DNA from: an uncultured Hyphomicrobiaceae bacterium
GTDB taxonomy: Bacteria; Pseudomonadota; Alphaproteobacteria; Rhizobiales; Hyphomicrobiaceae
Reading direction: 5' to 3'
Assembly (NCBI GenBank): GCA_964579305.1
Contig: CAZOGY010000001.1
Coordinates: 24,806-88,805, forward strand
Length of the DNA: 64,000 nucleotides
The notes below the pieces were generated by a model that was not told the DNA's origin, searched no databases, and saw only the letters and a list, made by a program, of their open reading frames with translations. The position numbers and the translations under genes are program-made. Positions 56,404 to 64,000 of this stretch are shown in pieces (position 1 is the first letter of the stretch; every line of letters begins with the position of its first letter).

Positions 56404-56937
56404 CGGATTCCCTGTAATGCAAAGCATTGCTTGCTGCGGTGTCGGCCGGCAATGCACCTCAGTGGCAAAAGTTTTCGCTTCACCGTGCCAGCCGCGGGTC
56501 GCACCAAATCTCAGTGCTTATGCAAAGTGCGTTATTGCATGGCGCGCTGCGTAAGGTGCCGGTGTATGCCGGTAATGCGTACAACCTTCGATGGATCTGG
56601 GCTTGTCGCAAATGTTGCAAAATCGAGCAGGCTTGTCCAAGTCGCGCCGATCATCTTTGCCTTGTTCAATACTGACCGCTGCCGCGGGGTTGCAGTCTTG
56701 TGGAAATCTGATAAGCGGGGAGGCCTTGGATATATGTGTCGATGAAACGGCGAGATGTGCATGGCATGTTCAAACCGTTCGATACGTCTCCCAAATCAAT
56801 CCGTGTGTCGAACAGCTACTGGAAAACATGTGCGGTGTTCTCCAGAAGAAAAAAATGGTGCGACGCTTGTAAATCATTAAGTTGATCAAGCTTAGTATCA
56901 GGGCACGCGATCATTGAGGACGAGAAGGAAATCGCCT

Positions 56938-57288
56938 ATGTCGAAGCGCCCAACGAAAACCGAACGGACGAGCAAAAACGTGCCGAACTTTGATGAGATG
57001 CCGCTGAAAGATCTGATGGTGATGGAAGCCCAGATCAAAAAAGCCATTACCGTCGCCAAAGAGCGCGAGCGGGCCGAACTGAAACAACAAGTTGAGATGA
57101 TGGTCCAGGACTCTGGATTCTCGGTCAACGAGCTGTTCTCGGCACGCAGCACCAAAGGCAAGACGGTTGCGCCAAAATACATCAACCCAGACAACTCGTC
57201 TGAAACGTGGACCGGCCGTGGCCGCAAGCCGCGTTGGTTGACCGCGAAACTTGACGCCGGCGCAAAGCTGGAAGACTTCGCGATCTAA
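56938..57288 (+). CDS. H-NS-like nucleoid-associated protein
   Basis: 116 aa. It has an N-terminal coiled coil (…LKDLMVMEAQIKKAITVAKERERAELKQQVE…) and a C-terminal DNA-binding motif, TWTGRGRKPRWL, as in alphaproteobacterial H-NS-family proteins such as HvrA. The ATG at 56938 follows GAGAAGGAA. Confidence 0.85.
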   Translation: MSKRPTKTERTSKNVPNFDEMPLKDLMVMEAQIKKAITVAKERERAELKQQVEMMVQDSGFSVNELFSARSTKGKTVAPKYINPDNSSETWTGRGRKPRWLTAKLDAGAKLEDFAI

Positions 57289-57366
57289 GCCGGTCGGCGC
57301 TTCTGCGCCGGTCGCAGCTTACGCTTGAAGGGACGCAAACTTCAGTTGCGCCCCGCCAAAATCAAT

Positions 57367-57406
57367 AATCCGGCTTCGGCATCTCTGTCGCAGCCGGATT
57401 TTTTTT
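57367..57406 (+). terminator. Rho-independent terminator downstream of the H-NS-like gene
   Basis: Read directly: AATCCGGCT (57367-57375), a 16-nt loop, AGCCGGATT (57392-57400), running into an 8-T run (57399-57406). Confidence 0.6.
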
Positions 57407-57461
57407 GCACATTCGGCTTGCCCGATCCGATACGATCTTCAACACGGGCTGTGCGTCCGCG

Positions 57462-58790
57462 CTACGGACTTTTTTTGATACCCGCCAGCAACGTCTCGCG
57501 ATCGCTTGTGAAATCGCTTGCGCGCCATTGGTCCTGCAGCATGCGCATTTTCTCGCCGAGGCTGGGACCGGGTTTGACGCCCAATGAGATCAAGTCGCCT
57601 GCGCGAACTGGAAATTCGGGCGGGTTCCAAGTGGCCGCGATGGCGTGGGCGTGGGCCCATGCGCGATCGGTAACCGGTTCGCGGCTCAAGGCGTGGCGAT
57701 AGATCAGAAATGCCGGACGAAGTGGTTCTGGCACACCGTAAATCAAAGCGCGGACCTCGCGGTCGTTTGCCGGGCATTTGGCCTGGGTGTTCAGGGCCGC
57801 GCCCAAAGATACGAGTATCTTGCGTTCAGCGTTTGAAAGTTTCAGGTGGCTTGCGAGGCGAGATGCGTCTTCCAATGCGGCACAGGTCGTAGCGGCCAGC
57901 CGCAGCATCGCGGTCACATTATCTGGCTTGCCGGTGTCGTCCAACTGAGGCTGGCTCGGCTCTAACCGTTCTTGTAGACGGATCACCTTATCAAGCCGGG
58001 CCATATGCGGCGCGAAAGGCAGGACCTTTGCAAATACGCCGTGCGCAATCATCGCGGCGACCGCTGACACCGCCCCCGGGGCCGTAAATAGGCCGCGCAG
58101 TTCTTTTGCCACGCGCTCGGCGGAAAGACGCGAAAGGCCGGCGTGCTCCGTTGCCGCGGCGTTATCTCCGGTTGGATCGCGTGAGAAATCTGGGAGTTTC
58201 GCGGAGAAGCGGTAGAAACGGAGCGTGCGCAGATAATCTTCGCGGATACGCGTGCGGGCATCGCCAATGAATGCCAAACGGCGCATCGTCAAATCGGTGA
58301 GGCCGCCGACGGGATCATAAAGCTGGCCGTCGGCGTCGCAATAAATCGCGTTGATCGTGAAATCGCGGCGTCTCGCGTCCTCGAGCCAATCCGTGCCAAA
58401 GGCGACCTGTGCGCGTCGGCCGTCGGTGTCGATGTCCTGGCGCAGGGTGGTGACTTCGAAGGGTTCGTGGCGGACCAGAACCGTCACGGTTCCATGTTCG
58501 ATCCCGGTCGGCCGCGTTTCGTGTCCCGCCGCGGCTGCGGCCGCGACAACTGCGTCCGGCTCAGCCGTCGTCGCGATATCGATATCGGGGCGCTTGGGCG
58601 GGCTTCTGCCGGCGCGCTGGGCCTGTAACGTATCTCGGATCGCGCCGCCGACGATCCGCGCTTCGTGGCCTGCCTGCTCCAAACAGCGCAAAACGCGACG
58701 TACACCCGTGTCATCAAACCAGGGCGCGGTCAGCACCTGGCCGGTTGGCTCGAACGCGCGGCCGGACATCTTGGCGCCCGGTTGCGTCAT
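57462..58790 (-). CDS. cca: CCA-adding tRNA nucleotidyltransferase (poly(A) polymerase family)
   Basis: ...ARIVGGAIRDTL...DIDIATTAEPD... is the GGxxRD...DxD nucleotidyltransferase motif. The ATG at 58790 overlaps the upstream stop (ATGA). Confidence 0.85.
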   Translation of the reverse strand: MTQPGAKMSGRAFEPTGQVLTAPWFDDTGVRRVLRCLEQAGHEARIVGGAIRDTLQAQRAGRSPPKRPDIDIATTAEPDAVVAAAAAAGHETRPTGIEHGTVTVLVRHEPFEVTTLRQDIDTDGRRAQVAFGTDWLEDARRRDFTINAIYCDADGQLYDPVGGLTDLTMRRLAFIGDARTRIREDYLRTLRFYRFSAKLPDFSRDPTGDNAAATEHAGLSRLSAERVAKELRGLFTAPGAVSAVAAMIAHGVFAKVLPFAPHMARLDKVIRLQERLEPSQPQLDDTGKPDNVTAMLRLAATTCAALEDASRLASHLKLSNAERKILVSLGAALNTQAKCPANDREVRALIYGVPEPLRPAFLIYRHALSREPVTDRAWAHAHAIAATWNPPEFPVRAGDLISLGVKPGPSLGEKMRMLQDQWRASDFTSDRETLLAGIKKSP

Positions 58791-59062
58791 TCGCGGTGGC
58801 CGCCCGGGACAATTTTGCCGTCGCGCACGACCGGCGGCTGATACGGCTGTCCGGGCTTACCTGCATCGGTCGACCGGAACAGCACGATTACGCTGATCAT
58901 CAATGCAGCACCAATCGCCACAAGCCAGAACAGCGGGGCATCATCAAGCGCTTGTGCAGCCGTGTTTTGTGGCTGGCCGCGCCGGCGTAACAGGATGAAC
59001 GCGACATAGAGAAGTGTGGGCAGTGCGAATAGAATGATGTTTTGGATGATCAAGCGGATCAT
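58787..59062 (-). CDS. Small two-TM membrane protein (91 aa), translationally coupled on both sides
   Basis: MIRLIIQNIILFALPTLLYVAFILL...LFWLVAIGAALMISVIVLF... There are ATGA overlaps with the CoA pyrophosphatase gene (59059-59062) and with cca (58787-58790). Confidence 0.55.
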   Translation of the reverse strand: MIRLIIQNIILFALPTLLYVAFILLRRRGQPQNTAAQALDDAPLFWLVAIGAALMISVIVLFRSTDAGKPGQPYQPPVVRDGKIVPGGHRE

Positions 59063-59733
59063 GGCTGGGTCAGTCTCTCTTGCAGGTTTTTGAGAATGCC
59101 GGCCGTGGCGCCCCATATATAGTGTTGGCGGTAATGCAGGACATAGTACCGGCGTGGCCGCCCTTGCCAGACCTTTTCGTCTTGGCGCACGTTGGCGGGG
59201 TCGAGCAGGAACGCAAGCGGCACTTCGAAAACGGCGTCGACTTCGTTTGGATCGGGCCGGCTTTCGTGCGCGGGGTCAATCAAAGCGACCACCGGGGTGA
59301 CGTCATAGCCGGTGCCGGTTCGATAGCGCTCCAGATACCCAAGCGGCTCGATATGGTGAGCGGCTAAAGCAATCTCCTCTTCGGCTTCGCGTAGAGCCGT
59401 CATCAGGGCGGAACCGTCGCCTTCGTCCGTGCGACCGCCGGGAAACGCGATCTGACCGGCATGGCGGTTGAGATGGGACGCGCGCTTCGTCAGCAAAACC
59501 GTCAGTGGTGACCGCGCGACGATCGGCACAAGCACCGCTGCTTGTTTGGCTGCGACCAGGGTGACGTCGGACGGCGCGATGTCGGGGTTCAGATTGTGGT
59601 CGCCACGTGCCGGCATGTCTGTGATCAGCCCGCTTGGACCGGGCTTTGGGACAAAAGGTGGCGGCGTTTCATACAGTGCCACGCGGGCGCGATCACGAAG
59701 CTGCATTGCGTCGAGTTGTGAGCCGTGAGCCAT
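59059..59733 (-). CDS. NUDIX hydrolase, CoA pyrophosphatase type
   Basis: ...AAVLVPIVARSPLTVLLTKRASHLNRHAGQIAFPGGRTDEGDGSALMTALREAEEEIAL... contains the Nudix box and the upstream CoA-type motif. Confidence 0.85.
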   Translation of the reverse strand: MAHGSQLDAMQLRDRARVALYETPPPFVPKPGPSGLITDMPARGDHNLNPDIAPSDVTLVAAKQAAVLVPIVARSPLTVLLTKRASHLNRHAGQIAFPGGRTDEGDGSALMTALREAEEEIALAAHHIEPLGYLERYRTGTGYDVTPVVALIDPAHESRPDPNEVDAVFEVPLAFLLDPANVRQDEKVWQGRPRRYYVLHYRQHYIWGATAGILKNLQERLTQP

Positions 59734-59889
59734 GATCCGTGCCTTGCGGAGCCTCCGTCATGCAGACGATGATAGGGGGCTGGTCTCTAACCGCACCGTA
59801 TCAAGGTGGGCCCATCGGAACGCAGGACATAGATTTGTCGAACCGACGGCCGGCGTTCGTCGGTGCACGAAAACCTGTATTCCGTCTGA

Positions 59890-60552
59890 TTACGCGGAAC
59901 GGCGTACTGCTGGATCGGGCAAAGCCGTGCCGATCATGCAATCGCGCGTAACGAGTTGGGCCAGTTGCTCTTGGCTCCACCCATCGGTTCCTTCGGGGCG
60001 TAGCGGCACCACGAAGTAGCGCAAGTCAGCCGTTGAGTCATGCACGCGCACACGCACGTCATCAGGAATGTCAACGCCGAATTCTGCCAGGACCGCCCGC
60101 GGTTCGCGCACGGTGCGGCTGCGATATGCCAGGCTTTTGTACCAGGCCGGCGGAATACCAAGCAGCATCTTTGGATAACACGAGCACAACGTGCACACGA
60201 TCACGTTGTGGGTGTCGGGCGTGTTGGGGACCGCGCGGATCTCAGCCAGGGTGCCGATATCGATGCCGAGTTCCCCAAGAGCGCTGCGGGTGTCGGACAC
60301 CAGCCGATCGGCATAGTCGGGGTCAGACCAAGCGCGCGCCACGACCTGCGCGCCAACGGCCGGCGTGCGACTGTCCAACGTGTCGATCGCCGCTGCGATT
60401 TCGTCATGCGTGAGAACGCCTTTGTCGATGAGAAGCTCACGCAGTGCGCGCTCGAGAACCTCATAGGACGTTGCCGGACCGGCGTCGTGGTCTGGCTGGG
60501 CTGCGTGAGGGTGATGTCCGGCGCCGTGGTCGTCAGGGTGGTGGTCGTGCAT
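59890..60552 (-). CDS. Nitrile hydratase alpha-subunit family protein, cobalt type (equivalent to thiocyanate hydrolase gamma)
   Basis: The metal-site motif VCTLCSCYP is encoded at about 60172-60198 (Cys120/123/125). Thr in C-T-L-C-S-C marks the cobalt class. The flanking sequence ...LGIPPAWYKSLAYRSRTVREPRAVLAEFG... is NHase-alpha-like. The N-terminus is His-rich (8 His in the first 22 aa). Confidence 0.9.
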   Translation of the reverse strand: MHDHHPDDHGAGHHPHAAQPDHDAGPATSYEVLERALRELLIDKGVLTHDEIAAAIDTLDSRTPAVGAQVVARAWSDPDYADRLVSDTRSALGELGIDIGTLAEIRAVPNTPDTHNVIVCTLCSCYPKMLLGIPPAWYKSLAYRSRTVREPRAVLAEFGVDIPDDVRVRVHDSTADLRYFVVPLRPEGTDGWSQEQLAQLVTRDCMIGTALPDPAVRRSA

Positions 60553-60555
60553 CGA

Positions 60556-60876
60556 TCAGCCCTCGCTGGGATCCGCTGGCGTGAGCCAGTGTTCGTAGAT
60601 GTCAACTTCCAGGTCGTCGTGCGCGGCTTTTGTGGTGCCTGGAAACAGATCAGACATGGCAATGCGGACTTTATAGAGCACGCGGGCGGGGAGACCGGGC
60701 TTGAAATAGGCCAAGCGTTCGGGGTCCAAAAACGCGCCCTGGATTGCGGCCACTTCGCCAACACATCCGCGCAAATAGACCGGTGTCCGGCAATGCCCTT
60801 GCGATTGGCGGGTGTCGATTTTCACTCTGGTGCCAACGGCGAATTTTGCGCGGTCGGCTTGGAACTGAGTTGCCAT
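60556..60876 (-). CDS. Nitrile hydratase beta-subunit C-terminal-domain homolog as a separate polypeptide
   Basis: 106 aa: ...KFAVGTRVKIDTRQSQGHCRTPVYLRGCVGEVAAIQGAFLDPERLAY...VLYKVRIAMSDLF...EVDIYEHWLTPA is the SH3-like C-terminal half of NHase beta. There is a 3-nt gap to the alpha gene. Confidence 0.75.
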   Translation of the reverse strand: MATQFQADRAKFAVGTRVKIDTRQSQGHCRTPVYLRGCVGEVAAIQGAFLDPERLAYFKPGLPARVLYKVRIAMSDLFPGTTKAAHDDLEVDIYEHWLTPADPSEG

Positions 60877-60916
60877 TGTTCGGCCTCATCGATCGCAGTT
60901 GCATCGCGCGCTTGCA

Positions 60917-61315
60917 TCAAACGCCGGGACGATCGTCCGGGACGCGCTGGTGTTGAGCGCCGCGGCCTTCCGCTTCGAACGCTGCGATGACGTCGACGAT
61001 TTTTGCGTCAAGCTCGTCTGCCGTCAGGATTTCTTGTTCCAAAAGCATATTACGCAAGGCACGAACCCATTTTTCGTAATAGGTCGTCGCGTCATAATCC
61101 TGTTGCGCGTAACTTTCGATCACGCGGCGCATGGCATCGACGCTGAATGCCCGCTTGGCCGGGCTGCCGAGGACGCGGAGCATCGCGTCCACGCGCTTTT
61201 CCCAAAGTGCCAGATCATGCTCGGTGCGGTCGATGGGCCCGAAATCCAGGCCACCCACGTCATGGACGGCGCGGCCGTCACCGCCAGCGCGCAGACTATT
61301 AAACCGATCCGACAT
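60917..61315 (-). CDS. Nitrile hydratase beta-subunit N-terminal-domain homolog as a separate polypeptide
   Basis: From the ATG at 61315: MSDRFNSLRAGGDGRAVHDVGGLDFGPIDRTEHDLALWEKRVDAMLRVL...YYEKWVRALRNMLLEQEILTADEL has the HDVGG motif and helical N-terminal half of NHase beta. The track start (61471) is an extension. Confidence 0.75.
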   Translation of the reverse strand: MSDRFNSLRAGGDGRAVHDVGGLDFGPIDRTEHDLALWEKRVDAMLRVLGSPAKRAFSVDAMRRVIESYAQQDYDATTYYEKWVRALRNMLLEQEILTADELDAKIVDVIAAFEAEGRGAQHQRVPDDRPGV

Positions 61316-61502
61316 GCGTGTTCTCCCTGTTCGGTTCCAGTTTCTGGAAGAGCGGCGCAGGATGCAAGGGTGTTTCCGCCGATTGCGCACGTCACCACAG
61401 CCGGTGATCACGGTGGTGTGAGGGGCATGCCGATGCGGTTGTGTAACTGCGCGATCCCGGTCGACACTCAACCACCTGTGGTTGTGGCATTGGAGTGTGC
61501 CG

Positions 61503-62324
61503 ATGGGTTCCTGGCAAAGTCTTTTGAAGTTCGCATTGGTGATTTGGTTGGCAGGGTTTGCGGGCGGCGCTCAAGCGCAGGTTGCCCCATTCCTCACGCC
61601 TCAGCCAGACGGCGTGCGCGTTGACGTTGAGCTTGTCATTGCCGTGGACGTCTCCGGTTCCATGAGCAATGTCGAGCATGATTTGCAGCGCAAAGGCTTC
61701 TTGGCGGCATTCGCGGATGACCAGTTGATCCGCGCGATTACATCAGGTCCGCATGGCCAGATTGCCGTCACCTATGTCGAGTGGGGCGATCAGTCGTCAC
61801 AGCGTATTCTCGTGCCGTGGCGCTTGATCAAAGATCGCGCGTCGTCGCTTGCGTTTCGCGATGCCCTGTCGGGGCAGCCGCGTTCGCCAATCCGCGGGAC
61901 TTCGATTTCTGGCGCCCTGGCCTATTCTGCGAAGCTTTTTGCCGACAACGGTTTCATCGGGTTGCGCAAGGTGATCGACGTGTCGGGAGATGGTGCCAAC
62001 CGCACGGGCGAACATGTCGATGTCGTCCGGGACAGGGTTCTGCAATCGGGTATTGTGATCAACGGCCTCCCGTTGATGTTGTCGCCAATGGTGCGGCGGC
62101 GCACCCATGGTTTCGATCTCGACCACTATTTTGAGGACTGCGTGATCGGCGGGCCCGGCGCGTTCGTCTATCCGGTCAATGCCAAGGAAGAACTGCGCGA
62201 AGCCATTCGCCGCAAGCTCATCATCGAAGTGTCGGGATTGCCGGCGCGTACGGTGCCGACATCGCAGCGCCCGCGGCGTAAGGCCAATTGCCAGATCGGG
62301 CGGAGCTATCGCGATGACTGGTGA
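61503..62324 (+). CDS. DUF1194 (vWA-like) secreted protein
   Basis: It has a signal peptide (…LVIWLAGFAGGAQAQ), then VELVIAVDVSGSMSNVEHDLQRKGFLAAFADDQLIRAI...VTYVEWGD..., the DUF1194 pattern. ATG at 61503. Confidence 0.75.
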   Translation: MGSWQSLLKFALVIWLAGFAGGAQAQVAPFLTPQPDGVRVDVELVIAVDVSGSMSNVEHDLQRKGFLAAFADDQLIRAITSGPHGQIAVTYVEWGDQSSQRILVPWRLIKDRASSLAFRDALSGQPRSPIRGTSISGALAYSAKLFADNGFIGLRKVIDVSGDGANRTGEHVDVVRDRVLQSGIVINGLPLMLSPMVRRRTHGFDLDHYFEDCVIGGPGAFVYPVNAKEELREAIRRKLIIEVSGLPARTVPTSQRPRRKANCQIGRSYRDDW

Positions 62325-62493
62325 GGCTCAAGCTGTGTCCGATCTTACGGGATCACTCTGCGAATTCCAGGTTGACTGATGCTCCAATGGCGACGGTGTG
62401 TCGTGTCACTGGTGCTTGACGCCAGGCGTGTGGCGGCAGACAGACGGTTAGCGGATCGCGGACGGGCGCGAGACGCAACCAAGTGGGGGTGTC

Positions 62494-63477
62494 GTGTCGC
62501 CGATCCTGAAGATAAGCGGGTTATCGAAGACCTACGCGTCCGGCTTTCAGGCTTTGAAGTCGGTCGATTTGGAGATCGCGCGCGGCGAAATCTTCGCGCT
62601 GCTTGGGCCCAATGGGGCCGGCAAGACGACGCTGATCTCAATTGTCTGCGGGCTTGTGACGCCCACGGCTGGAACGGTGGTGGTCGACGGTCATGATATC
62701 ATGGCCGATTATCGCGCGGCGCGGTCATGCATCGGACTTGTCCCGCAGGAGCTGACGACCGATGCGTTTGAAAAGGTGTGGGATACGGTCTCGTTCTCAC
62801 GAGGGCTGTTTGGAAAACCGCCGGCACCGGAAAAAATCGAAAAAATTCTGCGCGATCTTTCTTTGTTCGACAAAAAAGACAATCGGATCATGACGCTGTC
62901 GGGCGGCATGAAACGACGTCTGCTGATCGCGAAGGCGCTTGCGCACGAGCCAACCGTGCTCTTCCTGGATGAGCCGACCGCCGGCGTGGACGTGGAATTG
63001 CGGCGCGACATGTGGAAAACAGTGCGCGAATTACAGAAGTCCGGCGTTACGATTATTCTTACGACGCACTATATTGAAGAAGCCGAAGAAATGGCCGACC
63101 GGATTGGCGTCATTTCGAAAGGTGAACTCATTCTGACCGACGAAAAGGCTGCCTTGATGAATAGGCTTGGCCAGAAACGCTTAACTTTGCACTTGCATGA
63201 GCCGCTGGACGCGATCCCGGATGGCCTTGCCGCGTTCGATTTGACCCTCTCAGATGATGGGTGCGGCCTTATCTACACCTATGACACCAATGCAGAGCGC
63301 ACCGGCATCCGTCGTCTTTTGAATGCGCTTGACGGGGCGGGCTTGTCGTTCCGGGATTTGCAGACGGAGCAGAGCTCGCTGGAGCAGATCTTTGTTGACC
63401 TGGTCAGCGACCGCAAACCTGACGATGTCTCCGCACCGCGGTCGAAGACGGTTGCCAGCGCGGAGGTGTCGTCATGA
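62494..63477 (+). CDS. ABC-2-type transporter ATP-binding protein
   Basis: It has Walker A ([10 protein letters not shown]), the signature ([15 protein letters not shown]) and Walker B ([12 protein letters not shown]). GTG start at 62494. Its stop overlaps the permease ATG (ATGA at 63474-63477). Confidence 0.9.
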   Translation: MSPILKISGLSKTYASGFQALKSVDLEIARGEIFALLGPNGAGKTTLISIVCGLVTPTAGTVVVDGHDIMADYRAARSCIGLVPQELTTDAFEKVWDTVSFSRGLFGKPPAPEKIEKILRDLSLFDKKDNRIMTLSGGMKRRLLIAKALAHEPTVLFLDEPTAGVDVELRRDMWKTVRELQKSGVTIILTTHYIEEAEEMADRIGVISKGELILTDEKAALMNRLGQKRLTLHLHEPLDAIPDGLAAFDLTLSDDGCGLIYTYDTNAERTGIRRLLNALDGAGLSFRDLQTEQSSLEQIFVDLVSDRKPDDVSAPRSKTVASAEVSS

Positions 63478-64000
63478 ATACCCGTGCGGTTTGGGCGATC
63501 TACACCTTCGAGATGAACCGGACCTGGCGCACCTTGATGCAAAGCCTCATCTCGCCGGTCATTACGACGTGTCTTTATTTCGTGGTGTTTGGCGCGGCGA
63601 TCGGCTCGCGTATTGAATCGATCGACGGCGTGGCCTACGGGTCGTTTATTGTGCCGGGCCTGATCATGCTGTCGCTTCTCACGCAAAGCGTTGCGAATGC
63701 GTCATTCGGGATCTATTTCCCGCGCTTCACCGGAACAATATATGAAATCCTGTCAGCGCCGATCTCAGCGCTTGAGATTGTCATTGGCTATGTCGGTGCG
63801 GCTGCGACCAAATCGATCCTGCTCGGCTTGATTATCCTTGCAACGGCGGCCTTGATTGTGCCGCTTGAGATCAAACACCCGGTGGTGATGGTGTTGTTTC
63901 TGGTGCTGACGTCCATTGCGTTTTCGCTGTTTGGCTTCGTAATCGGCCTTTGGGCGCAGAATTTCGAACAGCTTCAGGTCGTCCCTCTTCTGGTGATCAC
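63474..64000 (+). CDS. ABC-2-type transporter permease (5' part; runs off the right window edge)
   Basis: Not in the ORF track because there is no stop in the window. My translation: [69 protein letters not shown]..., an ABC-2 membrane-protein pattern coupled to the ATPase. Confidence 0.8.
   Translation, partial: MNTRAVWAIYTFEMNRTWRTLMQSLISPVITTCLYFVVFGAAIGSRIESIDGVAYGSFIVPGLIMLSLLTQSVANASFGIYFPRFTGTIYEILSAPISALEIVIGYVGAAATKSILLGLIILATAALIVPLEIKHPVVMVLFLVLTSIAFSLFGFVIGLWAQNFEQLQVVPLLVI

Noticed and set aside
56591-56872. A 93-aa Cys-rich plus-strand ORF upstream of the H-NS-like gene.
   Set aside because: It has no Shine-Dalgarno sequence and no recognisable family, and it sits in a probable regulatory region. 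I keep it only as something to test.
59890-61315. Calling the three-subunit enzyme outright a thiocyanate hydrolase (scnBAC).
   Set aside because: The gene order and split beta subunit fit SCNase, but they equally fit other three-subunit nitrile hydratases such as the toyocamycin enzyme. Substrate specificity cannot be read from the motifs I can see.

Overview
This is a high-GC, alphaproteobacterial-type chromosomal segment with about 55 supportable genes. I found no rRNA, tRNA, CRISPR array, transposase or integrase. Positions 1-18271 are part of a purple-bacterial photosynthesis gene cluster (PGC). bchF-N-B-H runs on the minus strand, with bchH running off the left edge. On the plus strand, transcribed divergently, are ppaA/aerR-ppsR-bchG-(PucC-family MFS)-bchP-(93-aa membrane ORF)-bchI-bchD-bchO. 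I read three tandem PpsR/CrtJ-type operator pairs (TGT-N12-ACA type, 8-bp gaps) in the three PGC intergenic regions. The PGC ends at bchO. A translationally coupled hen1-pnkp RNA-repair cassette follows 130 nt later on the same strand. The rest of the window mixes accessory and housekeeping genes:
- a TVP38/DedA-like, GT2 and GT39 periplasmic glycosylation module
- bdhA coupled to a patatin-like lipase
- a YbjQ-family gene next to a 615-aa secreted/membrane protein of unknown function
- a DevCAB-like ABC exporter
- a DUF533/TerB-like gene
- a TetR-MFP-RND efflux operon
- a Wzy-type exopolysaccharide locus (ExoQ-like polymerase/ligase, priming transferase, a PCP whose kinase domain has a degenerate P-loop, a beta-barrel outer-membrane protein (OMP), and a short OPX)
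- an aminotransferase, an EamA transporter, an HIBADH-like dehydrogenase and a threonine dehydratase
- an H-NS-like gene in a long intergenic region
- cca, a small membrane protein and a CoA pyrophosphatase
- a three-gene cobalt-type nitrile hydratase/thiocyanate hydrolase-like enzyme with a split beta subunit
- DUF1194 and an ABC-2 transporter that runs off the right edge

Nothing here is provably a new system from sequence alone. The candidates I rate highest are the hen1-pnkp cassette joined to the PGC, the split-beta NHase-family enzyme with a His-rich alpha N-terminus, the pseudo-kinase PCP and short OPX/beta-barrel pair, and the uncharacterised 615-aa protein locus. Many ORF-track starts are maximal alternative-start extensions. 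I trimmed them where an ATG, a Shine-Dalgarno (SD) sequence, start/stop coupling or the family's usual N-terminus supported a shorter gene.
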